A DNA stretch of 58,798 bases, the filler included, from Sphacelaria rigidula (Eukaryota), in assembly GCA_964200075.2 (NCBI GenBank). It is 3 parts of 3 records of this genome, joined end to end, with 100 filler letters (N's around TTAATTAATTAA, not from the genome) between each part and the next. Parts side by side here need not be neighbours in the genome. Positions count along the whole stretch, not along the records: positions 1 to 19,537 come from CAXNAA020000649.1; 2 more parts are not named here. One strand, written 5' to 3'. Shown here piece by piece: positions 1 through 12,945 of this stretch. The notes under the pieces are model-generated. The model did no database searches, was not told the origin of the DNA, and saw only the letters and a program-made list of their open reading frames with translations. A program made the translations under genes and the position numbers. The first letter of the stretch is position 1, and the number at the start of each line of letters is the position of its first letter.

Positions 1-700
1 CCCCTCCCCCGCCACCCCCTCTCCCGCCACCACCTCCCGCGCTGCGGCTGCCCTCTCGGCCGCGCCCCCCCCCGCCACTACTCTTCCGGCAGCCGCTCCC
101 GCCCCAACCGCGGCCGCCCCCGCCGCTGATAGCGCTCCCTTCAATTTCCGGGATTTGGGTATCGATTGCATGTGCTTTCTCACCCCCCTTACCGCCACCA
201 CCTCCCCCGCCACTACCTTCCGCGCTGCGGCTGCCCTCTCGGCCGCGCCGCCCCCCGTCACTACTCTTCCGGCAGCCGCCCCCGCCCCAACCGCGGCCGC
301 CCCCGCCGCTGATAGCGCTCCCTTCAATTTCCGGGATTTGGGTATCGATTGCATGTGCTTTCTCACCCCTGTCCCCGCCGCCGCCTCCCCCGCTGACGCT
401 TCCCTTCCGGCCGCGCCGCCCCCCGTCACCACCCTTCTCGTCACCACCCCCCCGGTCTCCGCCACCCCGGTCGCCGCCGCCGCCGCCCCCGCCGCTGCCG
501 CCGCCCGCTTCAATTCCCGGGATTCAGGATTCGATCGCATGTGTTCTCTCGCCGCCCCCACCGCTGCCGCTTCCCCCGCTGCAGCTGCCCCCGCCCCCAC
601 CCGCCCGGCCGCCGCCACCCCCGCTGTCACCGCCCTCCCCGCCTCCGCCGCCCCCCCCGCCGCCACCACCGCTGTTACCACCTCAGCCGCCGATGTTGGA
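1..700. repeat. GC-rich low-complexity region containing a 183-bp tandem unit (two good copies plus a degenerate third)
   Basis: GATAGCGCTCCCTTCAATTTCCGGGATTTGGGTATCGATTGCATGTGC starts at 128 and again at 311 (period 183, a multiple of 3). A diverged copy TTCAATTCCCGGGATTCAGGATTCGATCGCATGTG lies at ~509. The rest is (GCC/CCC)n-rich. Confidence 0.85.
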
Positions 701-1428
701 GACCCGGCCAATGCGACTGTCGACAGCATCGGTCTCCTGGCGCCGGCACAGCAGCCGCATGGGCGAGCCACGGGGATCGCAAGAGTTGGACGCGATGCCC
801 AGGTACGCGCTGACAATCTTGTTTTCGATATGTCACAACGCTGCCTTGGACTTTCTCGTGCTGGAGCTGTGTTGCATCTTGCAAATAACTTGTCTATGCT
901 CCATGACGAATTTTTCGCAGGTTTTCCTGGAGGGTTGCGACGGACTCTTGAAGCTCTTCGAGGAGTGCTTCGGTGGCACGTTTGAGCATGTTGTCATGAC
1001 AAGTGAGGTGGTGTGTACCGGGGACGAAGACGGGGCGGACCGCACTCGCATCGCAGCGTACCTCGAGTTCGCTGTCCGCTCATGCAGGGAGGAAGGTCGC
1101 GAGGTTAGTCCAGCATTCACCCGTGCCGGAGTACACGCTGTATTTCAAGCTGCATCTGATGGGTACCCAAATAAGATCCGGGGCGTACCAATGTAGTGCG
1201 CCTCTAGCGCAGTACGGGGGCTTAGCATCGGCAGTATCCCATTTACACAACACACAAATATGAAAAGGATTGTTGAAAAACCGGGGCGCTCGGCGATCCG
1301 ATCGGCTAGTTCCAGAAGTACCGCGGGATATTACACGATCGAGTAGCACACAAGCTCACTGATTTCCCACGTCCGCCTCGCCTCTCCCGCGCACGCGTTG
1401 TCGTTGTACTGCTACATTTTCCTCTCAG

Positions 1429-1899
1429 CCATCCGACTTCACCTTAAGTCGTTTCCAGTTGGCGGATCCAGGCAGAGAGGAAGAAGGGTCACGCTTTCTT
1501 TGGGAGGGAAAGTTCCAGTCTAAAGATCCTAGCTTGAGCGAAGCGGCCAAGATGTTTGGCTGTTTTGGGGCGTTCGTCCACCCAAGCAAGCTGAAACTTA
1601 AGACGGGATCCACCAGGTCATGGCGGGGTCCGGTAAGACCGCTAGAACTACGACAATGTACCGGCAAAGGCGACACCGGCAAGTCCTCAGAAGGAGAAGA
1701 GATGGCAGACGTGCAGGTGATCGAGCTTTTCGGGCTGACCGAGCTGGTCGACAACCTCGAGCTCACATTGAAGCCCATGGTCTCTTGCACGAAAAAGACC
1801 GTCATGGCGTCAATCTCGGGCGTCGCCGGAGTCGCCGTCAACCTCTTGAACGACCTCGGTTTCACCGCAGCGAAAAAGATCAACGCGGCACTGGGTGGG
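1429..1899 (+). CDS. putative internal exon (157 codons, phase 0-0) of an unknown spliced gene or pseudogene
   Basis: Pyrimidine tract plus AG (TTTTCCTCTCAG, AG at 1427-1428), an open frame PSDFTLSRFQLADPGR...KINAALGG with GC-rich third codon positions, and a GTGAGT donor at 1900. Confidence 0.45.
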
Positions 1900-4800
1900 G
1901 TGAGTAACGTTTTGTTTTCCTGGTGCAAACCACTTCACATCCGCACGACTTGCACATCAGATCATTGCATGCATTGTCAGGCTGTCGAGCGTCCCAGCGC
2001 ATGCGAAATCTGGACAGAACAAACTCTTGGATCGATATCCACCAAAACCGCGCGTGAATTCTCCCCCGCCCCCGCCCTCCCCCGGTGCTCATATTTAGGA
2101 TTCACTGTTTTCAGCTGCTCGAACGTCAAGGGTAAGTTAAGATCTGCACCTGCTCCACGTCGTGCTCAAATTGGTCGCATTCAATCAAAGGGAGGAGATT
2201 GTCTGAACAATCGGAGACTTCAATCTGCTGCCGCAGAAGGCTCTGTACTACATGTTGGCGGTTTTCTCCCAGACACTTCCGCTCAGTAAATGCCTTGAGC
2301 ACTAATGCCCTTGTTTTTTTTTGTTTTTTTTCAGTACGGCCTCCTCTCCACGCAACAGATGCCGACCGTTTTCCCTTTTTTTTCTGAGACCAGTGTTAGA
2401 TCTTAGCCGAGCAATTTTGCATATCTTAATCTCTTTGTTCCCTTCTATCCCTTCCCTTCTCTTTTCTTCCCTTCGTCAATCTTGTTTCGTTGACAGCTTA
2501 TCCCGCGTGTTCTCTTCTATTTCTTCGTCTTTCTCATTCCCCGAGTTTCGGTCCGCGAGTACGTGCGAAAAAATATGTCTCGGGTGCGTCTATAGTATCT
2601 CTAGACTAGGGCTGAATCACGAAGGGGTTGGCTGATATGCGTAGCCGTGGCTCACGTCGCTGGACAATCTCGGTCCGTTATCAATAGTTGAAGAGAAGCG
2701 AAGAGTTCTCTTACCTAGGTGCGCCCATTTGCCGTCGTTGGTCACCCAGTAATCGAGTATTGTGCACCCCGGAGCATCCAGCTCCGAGGTTTCCCTCCTT
2801 CTCACCTCCCAGTTCCGTCTCGAAAGGGATACGTGGTCGATGGTTAAATGACTAAAAAGGCAAGCAACGAATGAGCACGCCCCCTCCTTCCGCCGTCACA
2901 GCCCATGGTGTATGTAGGGTTCTTCCAACACGAGCAATCATGTCTGTTGATCCCTCATCATGATATATCCGTGTGTCGGATACGTACCGTTCTGGTCGCA
3001 TGTACGTGTTGGAGGGGCGGCAATCGCGAAGCGCACCATTTCTCCCACGCTCCAAATACTTTTTGTGAAATCCTTCTCCCACTCAAACGCCTCTCTCCCG
3101 TTTTCCAAACTTTGCAAATGCGGTGATGATGATAATCGCAACAACAGGACACGTTCGGCAAAGTCAGGGTGAAGGTAGACAGTCACGAGGGAAGGGTGAT
3201 CATCGAAGGGGCGTGGAGGCATGTCCAGGAGTTTATGCGGAGGCCCCTGCCGTCCAAGCTCCAAACTTACGTCGTTGCGGTGAGATATATTGTGCTTCAG
3301 AGTTGCGTCAGTTCATGTGTGCTTCTGGCCGGAGAGAGTACCGACTGCAGCACGATGGCACCGGAGATCACGGCGATCGAACAGATAAGCTCTTCGGTGC
3401 TCTGATTTTTTATGCATGTTTTTTTAGACTTTTTGCCGATGATGATGTGACTCGTGCAGAGTGTTGTAGTGATAGGCCGGCCCAACTTTCGTCCTGCCCC
3501 CTTCCTGGTCCTACGAACCAACGAAAGATATCGATACGGTGTACTCGTGCGAAGACCAAGGAGGAGGGGTATTGCGGTGCGTTGTTTTGACCTTTTTTCG
3601 TTGTGATACTTTTTCGCAGGAGTGGCGAACTACTCGTTGGCACAAAGAGTAGTACCTGCATATGTAAACTTTCGTTTTGCGGCCTGTGATTCGCTCGACC
3701 TTGAAATCTGTGCTGTGTTTCGAAGAGTGAATCTGTTTCAAAATTTGGCACTTTCTTTCGAGGCACCTTTCCCGCAGGTGATACGTGCGAGCGAGCTTCA
3801 GCATCCCAAACGACGGTACGTTCCAAACTCAAATATCGTGACCCTCACCTTTTCGTTTCGACTCTAAGTTCGGGATATTCAAACGCTCACTAATTTTTAG
3901 TATTTGCGATGCTCTGAGAAGGGTTGATCATCCTGGCGTTCGTGTTCTCCGATGCGTACTTGAATACTACTTGGGGTATCGAGCTCTCACCCATGAACCC
4001 TACGGACGCGAGGCGCCAAATTGCTCTTGCATACACCGGCAAGAGAAGACATGCCTGCGTGCGAAACTTCAAACCGTAAATCGTAGAACCTATGTGGCAG
4101 ATAACGGTCTACATTCGTATCGTGTAGATTTTGTGTACTATGTATACATACAGCATTCGAGAACCAATACAATATATTGACTACTGTTGCCTCTTTTACT
4201 GCGCCAAGGTCGTCGCGGTGGCTCGTTTGCTTTTCGACGTCCGATTTGAGGTATTTCGGAATTATTATAGTGAAATCAGAATGTTCCAGAATGACTGATT
4301 ATATTTCTCCGAATATGTCGACATCATAGACGGAAATTGAAATGAGTAAACGTGGACGTTCTTCCCATTTCGAATACGCGAACGACTGCAGAGTTTTACT
4401 GTAAAGCCCGTCAAAACCCTGGGAAAACCAAAAAGGTACCCAAAGATGTTCAGGGTTCTCATCTGCGGTTTCTGCTTCCTACTCAATCTCGAGGGGGGGG
4501 GATCGATATTGCCGCTCTAAAGTACGCTGGCAGTAGTAGCCCTCGAAAGCGGGTACTAGAAGATGACACAGCAAAGTCTCGAGAATACATTGTTTTATTT
4601 ATTTCTTCTGTCCGGGTAACGTTTGTCAGGGCACATCCCATGAAGGAGCTTACAGTTTCGAAACGCCCTGCATCTTGTGTTCACATGACACAGGTGGAAC
4701 TCCCAATGGTGAGATAGGAAAAAGGAAAAAAATACTGTGTTTCGAAATTATCATATTCATGATGAGATACATGCTGCTGACAAGAAAGACGTGCGCCTAC

Positions 4801-5383
4801 TGAAAAGAGACACGTTTCCCAGAGTCTGTCAACATTTTGTCGATGTATTATGCCCCCTGCCTACTCTTGACCAAATTTGACGCTATTCCATCGACACGTC
4901 GAACAGGTACCCATGTCAAGCATCAGGATGATGCAACACTTTGCCGCCCCCGGCCGAATGAAGGCCCTGATTCAAGAGGAAATTGGTGTGGGTGATGACG
5001 GGTTACTGAAGGTGTCTGTGGACTGGTTCGGGCAGCGGCTCTTGGTCGAGAGTGTGCAGGAGGAAGCCACAAAGAGGGACGAAGTGGTGAGATCACAGCA
5101 CATGCACCGGATGTGTTGTTTGCGCAGCATGAAAAAGGAAAGAGTGCTGATGGTGCAAGCCATGCGCTGGATATGTACAAAGTAGATCGTCTGGGCACGT
5201 CTTGTGTGCGCTAATACCAGTGCCTGTAGTGTGTCTCACGATATTTCTGAAATTCGAAAAACCCATTTATTTAGGAATTATGCACGTTTTGTTGTTTCAC
5301 CCTCGAGATGTATTATTTCGTTTTTGACATGTTGTGCGTAAGAGTAGCGCCTACAGTCAGCACTAGCCATGACAAAGAATTAG

Positions 5384-5617
5384 TCCGACCTGGGCGACAG
5401 ACGACGTATACATAACTGTGGACGGCGTGCGTCACTTGACGACCGAGCGTCTAGGACCACATATGAAGTAGATGTCCCCAAACAAGTTAGACGTAAAACA
5501 CCCTTCAGGCACGTTTCCCGGAACAGGGTATTCGATACAGGGCAAACCTTGCACAGGAATGCCGCCTTCACACAGGAACTTTTGCTGCAAAGAAACTTTG
5601 CTTTCCCCCCGCGGTGT
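5384..5617 (+). CDS. possible exon (78 codons, phase 0-0) of the same unknown gene
   Basis: TAG at 5381-5383, open frame SDLGDRRRIHNCG...NFAFPPRC, GTAAGC donor at 5618. The acceptor context is weak (not pyrimidine-rich). Confidence 0.25.
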
Positions 5618-6113
5618 GTAAGCCGTGGCTGTCTCTGGAAGTGGCGACACCAGAAAGTGAAGCAACTCATTGGAAGCTGTCATCCAAATGCAAGATAATC
5701 AGTACGCTTCGGGTCAACCAATCTTAGCAGGATGCAGCTCACACCCTTCTTGCGACTCGCCGAGCACACCACGGCGCTTCGCGCTTGGTGACAGATTGCG
5801 AGCCTGGTCCGGCAAATCCCTGCGTGCTCCGTCCTGGCTTTGTAGGAATACGAGGTCGATGGTAATATGACTATGGCATGCAAAACCATGAATACCCCCC
5901 CCCCCCCCCGTCTCGAATGGAATGCGTGGTCAGTTGTCAAACGACTAAGGCAAGCAACAATCGAGTACGCCCCCCCCCCTCCGGCCGCCGCTCTCTCTCC
6001 CGTGAGATTTCTCATGTAGAACTACTGGCCGCAATCGGATTTCTCCTGAATACATGCTTAACAGTAGACCAACCGCTCGGGCGGAATACCATTCCCTCTT
6101 AAACCACCACTAG

Positions 6114-6374
6114 GTTCAGTTGCTACTCCAAAAGGCGGTGGAGTGGGAAACTCTCGACTTCTCTGTTGACCTTGGAGCAACGTCGCAAGCCTTTGAGCAA
6201 GCATTCGGGCGAAAATCCGACTCACCGCTCGGAAACACGACTTGGGGCACGATGATGCGCGCCATGGCGCAGCACTTGGAGACGGAGGTGGTGTACCTTG
6301 AAGAGGGTCGCGTGCTTGGGAGGGCAGCTTCAGCACGGAGCGCAGGGAATAAGAAGTTCCTCCTACAGGCCTTC
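6114..6374 (+). CDS. putative exon (87 codons, phase 0-0) of the same unknown gene
   Basis: CACTAG acceptor (AG at 6112-6113), open frame VQLLLQKAVEWETLDFSVDLG...KKFLLQAF, GTGAGT donor at 6375. Confidence 0.4.
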
Positions 6375-6789
6375 GTGAGTCAATAAATGTTGAAGAGCGC
6401 AGCGAGTGACGCGCAAGTAGGGTAAGGATACACAGTAATAACCACCTTGTGCGGCTGACAGTTTTGAATGGGGTACGGGTAGAGACATGACGAAAATATA
6501 TTCCAGAACGTGTCAAAGTACAAAGGATATCCGATCCACTGCAAATTTCGTGACAACCAACTGCGGCGCGGTTGACCGCAACTATAGTCGTGTTCATCGA
6601 CAGATCACAGACAGAAGCTGTTTCACCGACACACGTTCTGAGGTCGGGGTTGGTAGCGCACGCGGTGCTACTGTATTCCCATTGTTGCGTTTCGTTCCAC
6701 TCGTTTTGCTGTCTTTTTCCGCCTGCACGTGTGCCATGCCATCGCAATCTCCAGGTTCGCAAGGAAAAGATTCGCTTGGGCATCTCCTA

Positions 6790-9700
6790 GGACACGGCTA
6801 TCCTTCAGGCGGATCGGCGGAACAACGCTGGAAAAATTCAGCAAGGCTGTTTGTCGCTGCAATCTCCACATGTGTACTGTTCTATGGTAGATGGCCACTT
6901 CCGTGATGTTTCTCGGGCAGAATGGAGTCTTTCATCTCTACTAGACGTTAGGGTCGGTGATTGAGTCGTGTTGGCTAATGCAACATTCGCGGCGAGCCGC
7001 AAATGGTATTTCAGTAGGGTTGCTCGCAGACACGTGGAGGATGCAGCAAGGCTGTTGGCCACTGTAATCTCCACATGTGCACTGTTCCATGGTAGATGGT
7101 CACTTCCGTGATGTTTCTCGGGCGGAATGGAGTCTTTCATCTCTTCTAGACGTTAGATGTGGTTATTTGCGTTGGATATTGCAACATTCGCGACGAGCCC
7201 CAATTGATATTTCAGCGGAGTATACTGCAGACACGTGGAGAATGCAGCAAGGCTGTTGGCCACTGCAATCTCCACATCTGTACTGTTCCATGGTAGATGG
7301 CCCCTCCTGTGATGTTCCTCGTGAAAAATGAAGTCTTCCATCTCTACTGGACATTAGGTGTGGTGATTCATTTGTGTTGGGTATCGCAATATTCGCGGCG
7401 AGCCTCCATTGGTATTCCAGCAGAGTTGCTCGCAGACACTTGGAGAATGCAGCAAGGCTGTTGGCCACTGCAATCTCCACCTGTGTACTGTTCCATGGTG
7501 GATGGTCACTTTCGTGAGGTTTCTCTGGCAAAATGGAGTATTTCATCCCTACTAGACGATAGATGTGTGTGTTGATTCAGCCGTGTCGGGTATCGCAACA
7601 TTCGCGGCGAGCCACGCTTGGTATTCCAGCAGAGTCGCTGGCAGACACTTGGGGAATGCAGCAAGGCTGTTGGCCACTGCAATCTCCACATGTGTACTGT
7701 TCCATGGTGGATGGTCACTTCCACGATGTTTCTCGGGCGAAGTGGAGCCTTTCATCCCTACTCGACGTTAGGTGTGGTGATTCAGTCGTGTTGCGTATGG
7801 CAACATTCGCGGCGAGCCCCGATTGGTATTCCAGCAGAGTCGGTCGCAGACACGTGGAGGATGCAGCAAGGCTGTTGGCCACTGCAATCTCCACATGTGT
7901 ACTGTTCATAGTAGACTGCCACTTCCGTGATGTGTCTGGGGTAAAGTGAACCCTTTCATCTCTTCTAGACCTTAGGTGTGTGTGGTGATTCATTCGTGTC
8001 GGGTATCGCAACATTCGCGGCGAGCCCCGATTGGTATTCCAGCAGAGTTGACCGCAGACACGTGGAGGATGCAGCAAGGCTGTTGGTCACTGCAATCTCC
8101 GCATGTGTACTGTTCCATGGTAGATGGTCACTTCCGTGATGTTCCTCGGGCAAAGTGGAGCCTTTCGTCCCTACTCGACGTTAGGTGTGTGTGGTGATTC
8201 ATTTGTGTTGCGTATGGCAACATTCGCGGCGAGCCCCGATTGGTATTCCAGCAGAGTCGGTCGCAGACACGTGGAGAATGCAGCAAGGCTGTTGGCCACT
8301 GCAATCTCCACATGTGTACTGCTCTATGGTAGATGGCCACTTCCGTGATGTTTCTAGGGTAAAGTGAACCCTTTCATCTCTACTAGACCGTAGGTGTATG
8401 TGGTGTGTGGTGATTCATTCGTGTTGGGTATATCGCAACATTCGCGGCGAGCCTCAATCGGTATTCCAGCGGAGTTGACCGCTGACACGTGGAGGATGCA
8501 GCAAGGCTGTTGGCCACTGCAATCTCCGCATGTGTACTGTTCCATGGTAGATGGTCACTTCCGCGATGTTTCTCGGGCAAAGTGGAGCCTTTCATCCCTA
8601 CTCGACGTTAGGTGTGGTGATTCAGTCGTGTTGCGTATGGCAACATTCGCGGCGAGCCCCGATTGGTATTCTAGCAGAGTCGGTCGCAGACACGTGGAGG
8701 ATGCAGCAAGGCTGTTGGCCACTGCAATCTCCGCATGTGTACTGTTCCATGGTAGACTGCCACTTCCGTGATGCTTCTCTGGCAGAATGGAGTCTTTCAT
8801 CTCTACTAGACGGTAGGTGTGTGTGGTGATTCATTCGTGTTGGCTATCGCAACGTGCACGGCGAGCCACGCTTGGTATTCCAGCAGAGGTTACTGCAGAC
8901 ACTTGGGGAATGCAGCAAGGCTGTTGGCCACTGCAATCTCCGCATGTGTACTGTTCCATGGTAGATGGTCACTTCCGTGATATTTTTGGGGTAAAGTGAA
9001 CCGTTTCATCTCTACTAGACCTTAGGTGTGTGTGGTGATTCATTCGTGTTGGGTATCGCAACATTCACGGCGAGCCCCAATTAGTATTTCAGCAGAGTTG
9101 CTCGCAGACACGTGGAGGATGCAGCAAGGCTGTTGGCCACTGCAATCTCCGCATGTGTACTGTTCCATGGTAGATGGTCACTTCCGTGATGTTTCTCGGG
9201 CAGAATGGAGTCTTTCGTCTCTACTAGACCTTAGGTGTGTGTGGTGATTCATTCGTGTTGGGTATGACAACATTCGCGGCGAGCCCCGATTGGTATTCCA
9301 GCGGAGTTGACCGCTGACACGTGGAGGATGCAGCAAGGCTGTTGGCCACTGCAATCTCCACATGTGTACTGCTCTATGGTAGATGGCCACTTCCGTGATG
9401 TTTCTAGGGTAAAGTGAACCCTTTCATCTCTACTAGACCGTAGGTGTATGTGGTGTGTGGTGATTCATTCGTGTTGGGTATATCGCAACATTCGCGGCGA
9501 GCCTCAATCGGTATTCCAGCGGAGTTGACCGCTGACACGTGGAGGATGCAGCAAGGCTGTTGGCCACTGCAATCTCCGCATGTGTACTGTTTCATGGTAG
9601 ATGGTCACTTTCACGATGTTTCTCGGGCAAAGTGGAGCCTTTCATCCCTACTCGACGTTAGGTGTGGTGATTCAGTCGTGTTGCGTATGGCAACATTCGC

Positions 9701-11850
9701 GGCGAGCCCCGATTGGTATTCCAGCAGAGTCGGTCGCAGACACGTGGAGAATGCAGCAAGGCTGTTGGCCACTGCAATCTCCGCATGTGTACTGTTCATA
9801 GTAGATGGTCACTTATATGATATTTCTCCGGCAAAGTGGAGCCTTTCATCTCTTCTACTAGACCTTTGGTGTGTGTGGTGTGTGGTGTGTGGTGATTCAT
9901 TCGTGTTAGGTATATCGCAACATTCGCGGCGAGCCTCAATCGGTATTCCAGCGGAGTTGACCGCTGACACGTGGAGGATGCAGCAAGGCTGTTGGCCACT
10001 GCAATCTTCGCATGTGTACTGTTCCATGGTGGATGGTCACTTCCACGATGTTTCTCGGGCGAAGTGGAGCCTTTCATCCCTACTCGACGTTAGGTGTGGT
10101 GATTCAGTCGTGTTGCGTATGGCAACATTCGCGGCGAGCCCCGATTGGTATTCCAGCGGAGTCGGTCGCAGACACGTGGAGGATGCAGCAAGGCTGTTGG
10201 CCACTGCAATCTCCGCATCTGTACTGTTCATAGTAGACTGCCACTTCCGTGATGTGTCTGGGGTAAAGTGAACCCTTTCATCTCTTCTAGACCTTAGGTG
10301 TGTGTGGTGATTCATTCGTGTTGGGTATCGCAACATTCGCGGCGAGCCCCGATTGGTATTCCAGCAGAGTTGCTCGCAGACACGTGGAGAATGCAGCAAG
10401 GCTGTTGGCCACTGTAATCTCCGCATGTGTACTGTTCCATGGTAGATGGTTACTTCCGTGATGTTTCTCGGGCAGAATGGAGTCTTTCGTCTCTACTAGA
10501 CCTTAGGTGTGTGTGGTGATTCATTTGTGTTGCGTATGGCAACATTCGCGGCGAGCCCCGATTGGTATTCCAGCGGAGTCGGTCGCAGACACGTGGAGAA
10601 TGCAGCAAGGCTGTTGGCCACTGCAATCTCCACATCTGTACTGCTCTATGGTAGATGGCCACTTCCGTGATGTTTCTGGGGTAAAGTGAACCCTTTCATC
10701 TCTACTAGACCGTAGGTGTATGTGGTGTGTGGTGATTCATTCGTGTTGGGTATATCGCAACATTCGCGGCGAGCCTCAATCGGTATTCCATCGGAGTTGA
10801 CCGCAGACACGTGGAGGATGCAGCAAGGCTGTTGGCCACTGCAATCTCCGCATGTGTACTGTTCCATGGTGGATGGTCACTTCCACGATGTTTCTCGGGC
10901 GAAGTGGAGCCTTTCATCCCTACTCGACGTTAGGTGTGGTGATTCAGTCGTGTTGCGTATGACAACATTCGCGGCGAGCCCCGATTGGTATTCCAGCGGA
11001 GTCGGTCGCAGACACGTGGAGGATGCAGCAAGGCTGTTGGCCACTGCAATCTCCGCATGTGTACTGTTCCATGGTAGACTGCCACTTCCGTGATGCTTCT
11101 CTGGCAGAATGGAGTCTTTCATCTCTACTAGACGGTAGGCGTGTGTGGTGATTCATTCGTGTTGGCTATCGCAACATTCGCGGGGAGCCCCAATTGGTAT
11201 TCCAGCAGAGGTTACTGCAGACACTTGGGGAATGCAGCAAGGCTGTTGGCCACTGCAATCTCCACATCTGTACTGTTACATGGTAGATGGTCACTCCCGT
11301 GATGTTTCTGGGGTAAAGTGAACCCTTTCATCTTCACTAGACCTTAGGTGTGTGTGGTGATTCATTCGTGTTGGGTATCGCAACATTCGCGGCGAGCCCC
11401 AATTAGTATTTCAGCAGAGTTGCTCGCAGACACGTGGAGGATGCAGCAAGGCTGTTGGCCACTGTAATCTCCATATGTGTACTGTTCCATGGTAGATGGT
11501 TACTTCCGTGATGTTTCTCGGGCGGAATGGAGTCTTTCATCTCTTCTAGACGTTAGATGTGGTTATTTGCGTTGGATATTGCAACATTCGCGACGAGCCC
11601 CAGTTGATATTTCAGCGGAGTATACTGCAGACACGTGGAGAATGCAGCAAGGCTGTTGGCCACCGCAATCTTCACCTGTATACTACCATTTGCCACAGGG
11701 CACCACGTACGTTACGCCGTTTTTTTTACCGGATTTCAGCGTTCCATCGGTACTTGACCGTCACTGGAATTCCAGCAGGGTTTCTCGCAGGTACGTGGAG
11801 AATGCGGTAAGGCTGTTGGCCACTGGAATCTTCAACTGCATGCTACTTTG
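6790..11850. repeat. tandem satellite array, ~25 monomers of 201-227 bp (mostly 205 or 209 bp)
   Basis: The core GCAGCAAGGCTGTTGGCCACTGCAATCTCC recurs at ~6839, 7043, 7244, 7449, 7658, 7863, 8071, 8280, 8498, 8703, 8912, 9121, 9330, 9548, 9753, 9980, 10185, 10393, 10602, 10820, 11025, 11234, 11443, 11644 and, degenerate, at 11804. Confidence 0.97.
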
Positions 11851-12514
11851 TGATTGAGTACTCCTTAAGTTACGCCTTTTATCGCCGGGTGTGAGCCTTC
11901 CATCAGTATGTGACCGTCACACCGGTTTGATGAGCCCGCCGATAGGTTTTGGTGTGCAGTAGCAGTATCGCGCGTACAGAGAAGGGTACAGCCTGCATGT
12001 GCACCAAGCGGCGGTACATTTCATCCCTGTGCGAAAACTGACACGGTGGTAGCAGACGTTTGAAAACATTGACCACACGCCCTCCACACGCCCTCCCCGC
12101 GGCAGAAACTTCGTGCACCTATTCCTTGAAACCTGTGCGGATGCATAGGTGCACTAACGCCCACATGATGCGCACTTGGACGGCTGCGGCAATGGTGAGC
12201 AAACATCAATCTGTACTGGGCCACCCACTGGATAATGACAATCTCTGTGAAACCCAGACACACATCGCGTGTAGAGGTGCTCAGGTGGGGAGTAACGGCC
12301 ATACGTGCGCTGTGGGTTTATCACGCGCTGAGACTTCGGCCACAGGTATTTTGAAGCACAGCCGACCAGCCCATATCGCTTCGTCTCCGCTCGCACGGTG
12401 CAGCACTTCACGATGGGGTGAACAGAGAGGTCAGATTTTGTTCTGAATAAATTTATTTTTCTTCCGGCTCAAGACTTGTGACCGTGTGCTCATAATTGAT
12501 CAAGGGAGCGCCTC

Positions 12515-12945
12515 TGTCGTGGTCTGATCACGAGGTGATACTGGCGTCACTCTCAAAGAACACGCCCGGCCAGGGGTGACACGAGGTCAGCGGCTGGCCA
12601 CATTGAACAATCGCAGTCGAGAGAAATGACCCTTGAGCTCGTGAGTAACAGACCATCGAGTCCGATAAGCGCTGCATCGCAAGGCCAAGCAGGGACTCAC
12701 TTTCACGTGCAGAAGAGGTGCTCTTGACTTGCTTGCAAGCGAGATGTCTCCAAGTGGTGGCTGATAGCTCCTGTGAGTAATTTGTCCTGGCTAGGTAGCT
12801 AAAACACGAGTGACCGGGCTGGGTTGATGCTGCAACACCCGACTGGAATATAACCACACTAACGTACAGTTGGAATACGACCTATCGCCCATATCACGCA
12901 CATCGAGACCGGCTTCTATAAAGGCGACTGATATCCGCCGTCACA
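12515..12945 (-). repeat. 3' LTR of element C (431 bp, TGT...ACA ends)
   Basis: Begins TGTCGTGG at 12515 and ends CCGTCACA at 12945, directly adjacent to the polypurine tract on the minus strand. Confidence 0.75.

Noticed and set aside
6790-11850. CRISPR array, or an array of shuffled exons (AG|ACACGTGG...TTAG|GTGTGT) like brown-algal LRR/TPR exon arrays
   Set aside because: There are no unique spacers, since whole monomers are homologous, and no cas genes. The candidate exon is 127 bp (not a multiple of 3), and copies carry 1-bp indels and in-frame stops. The many ORFs here are by-products of the repeat.
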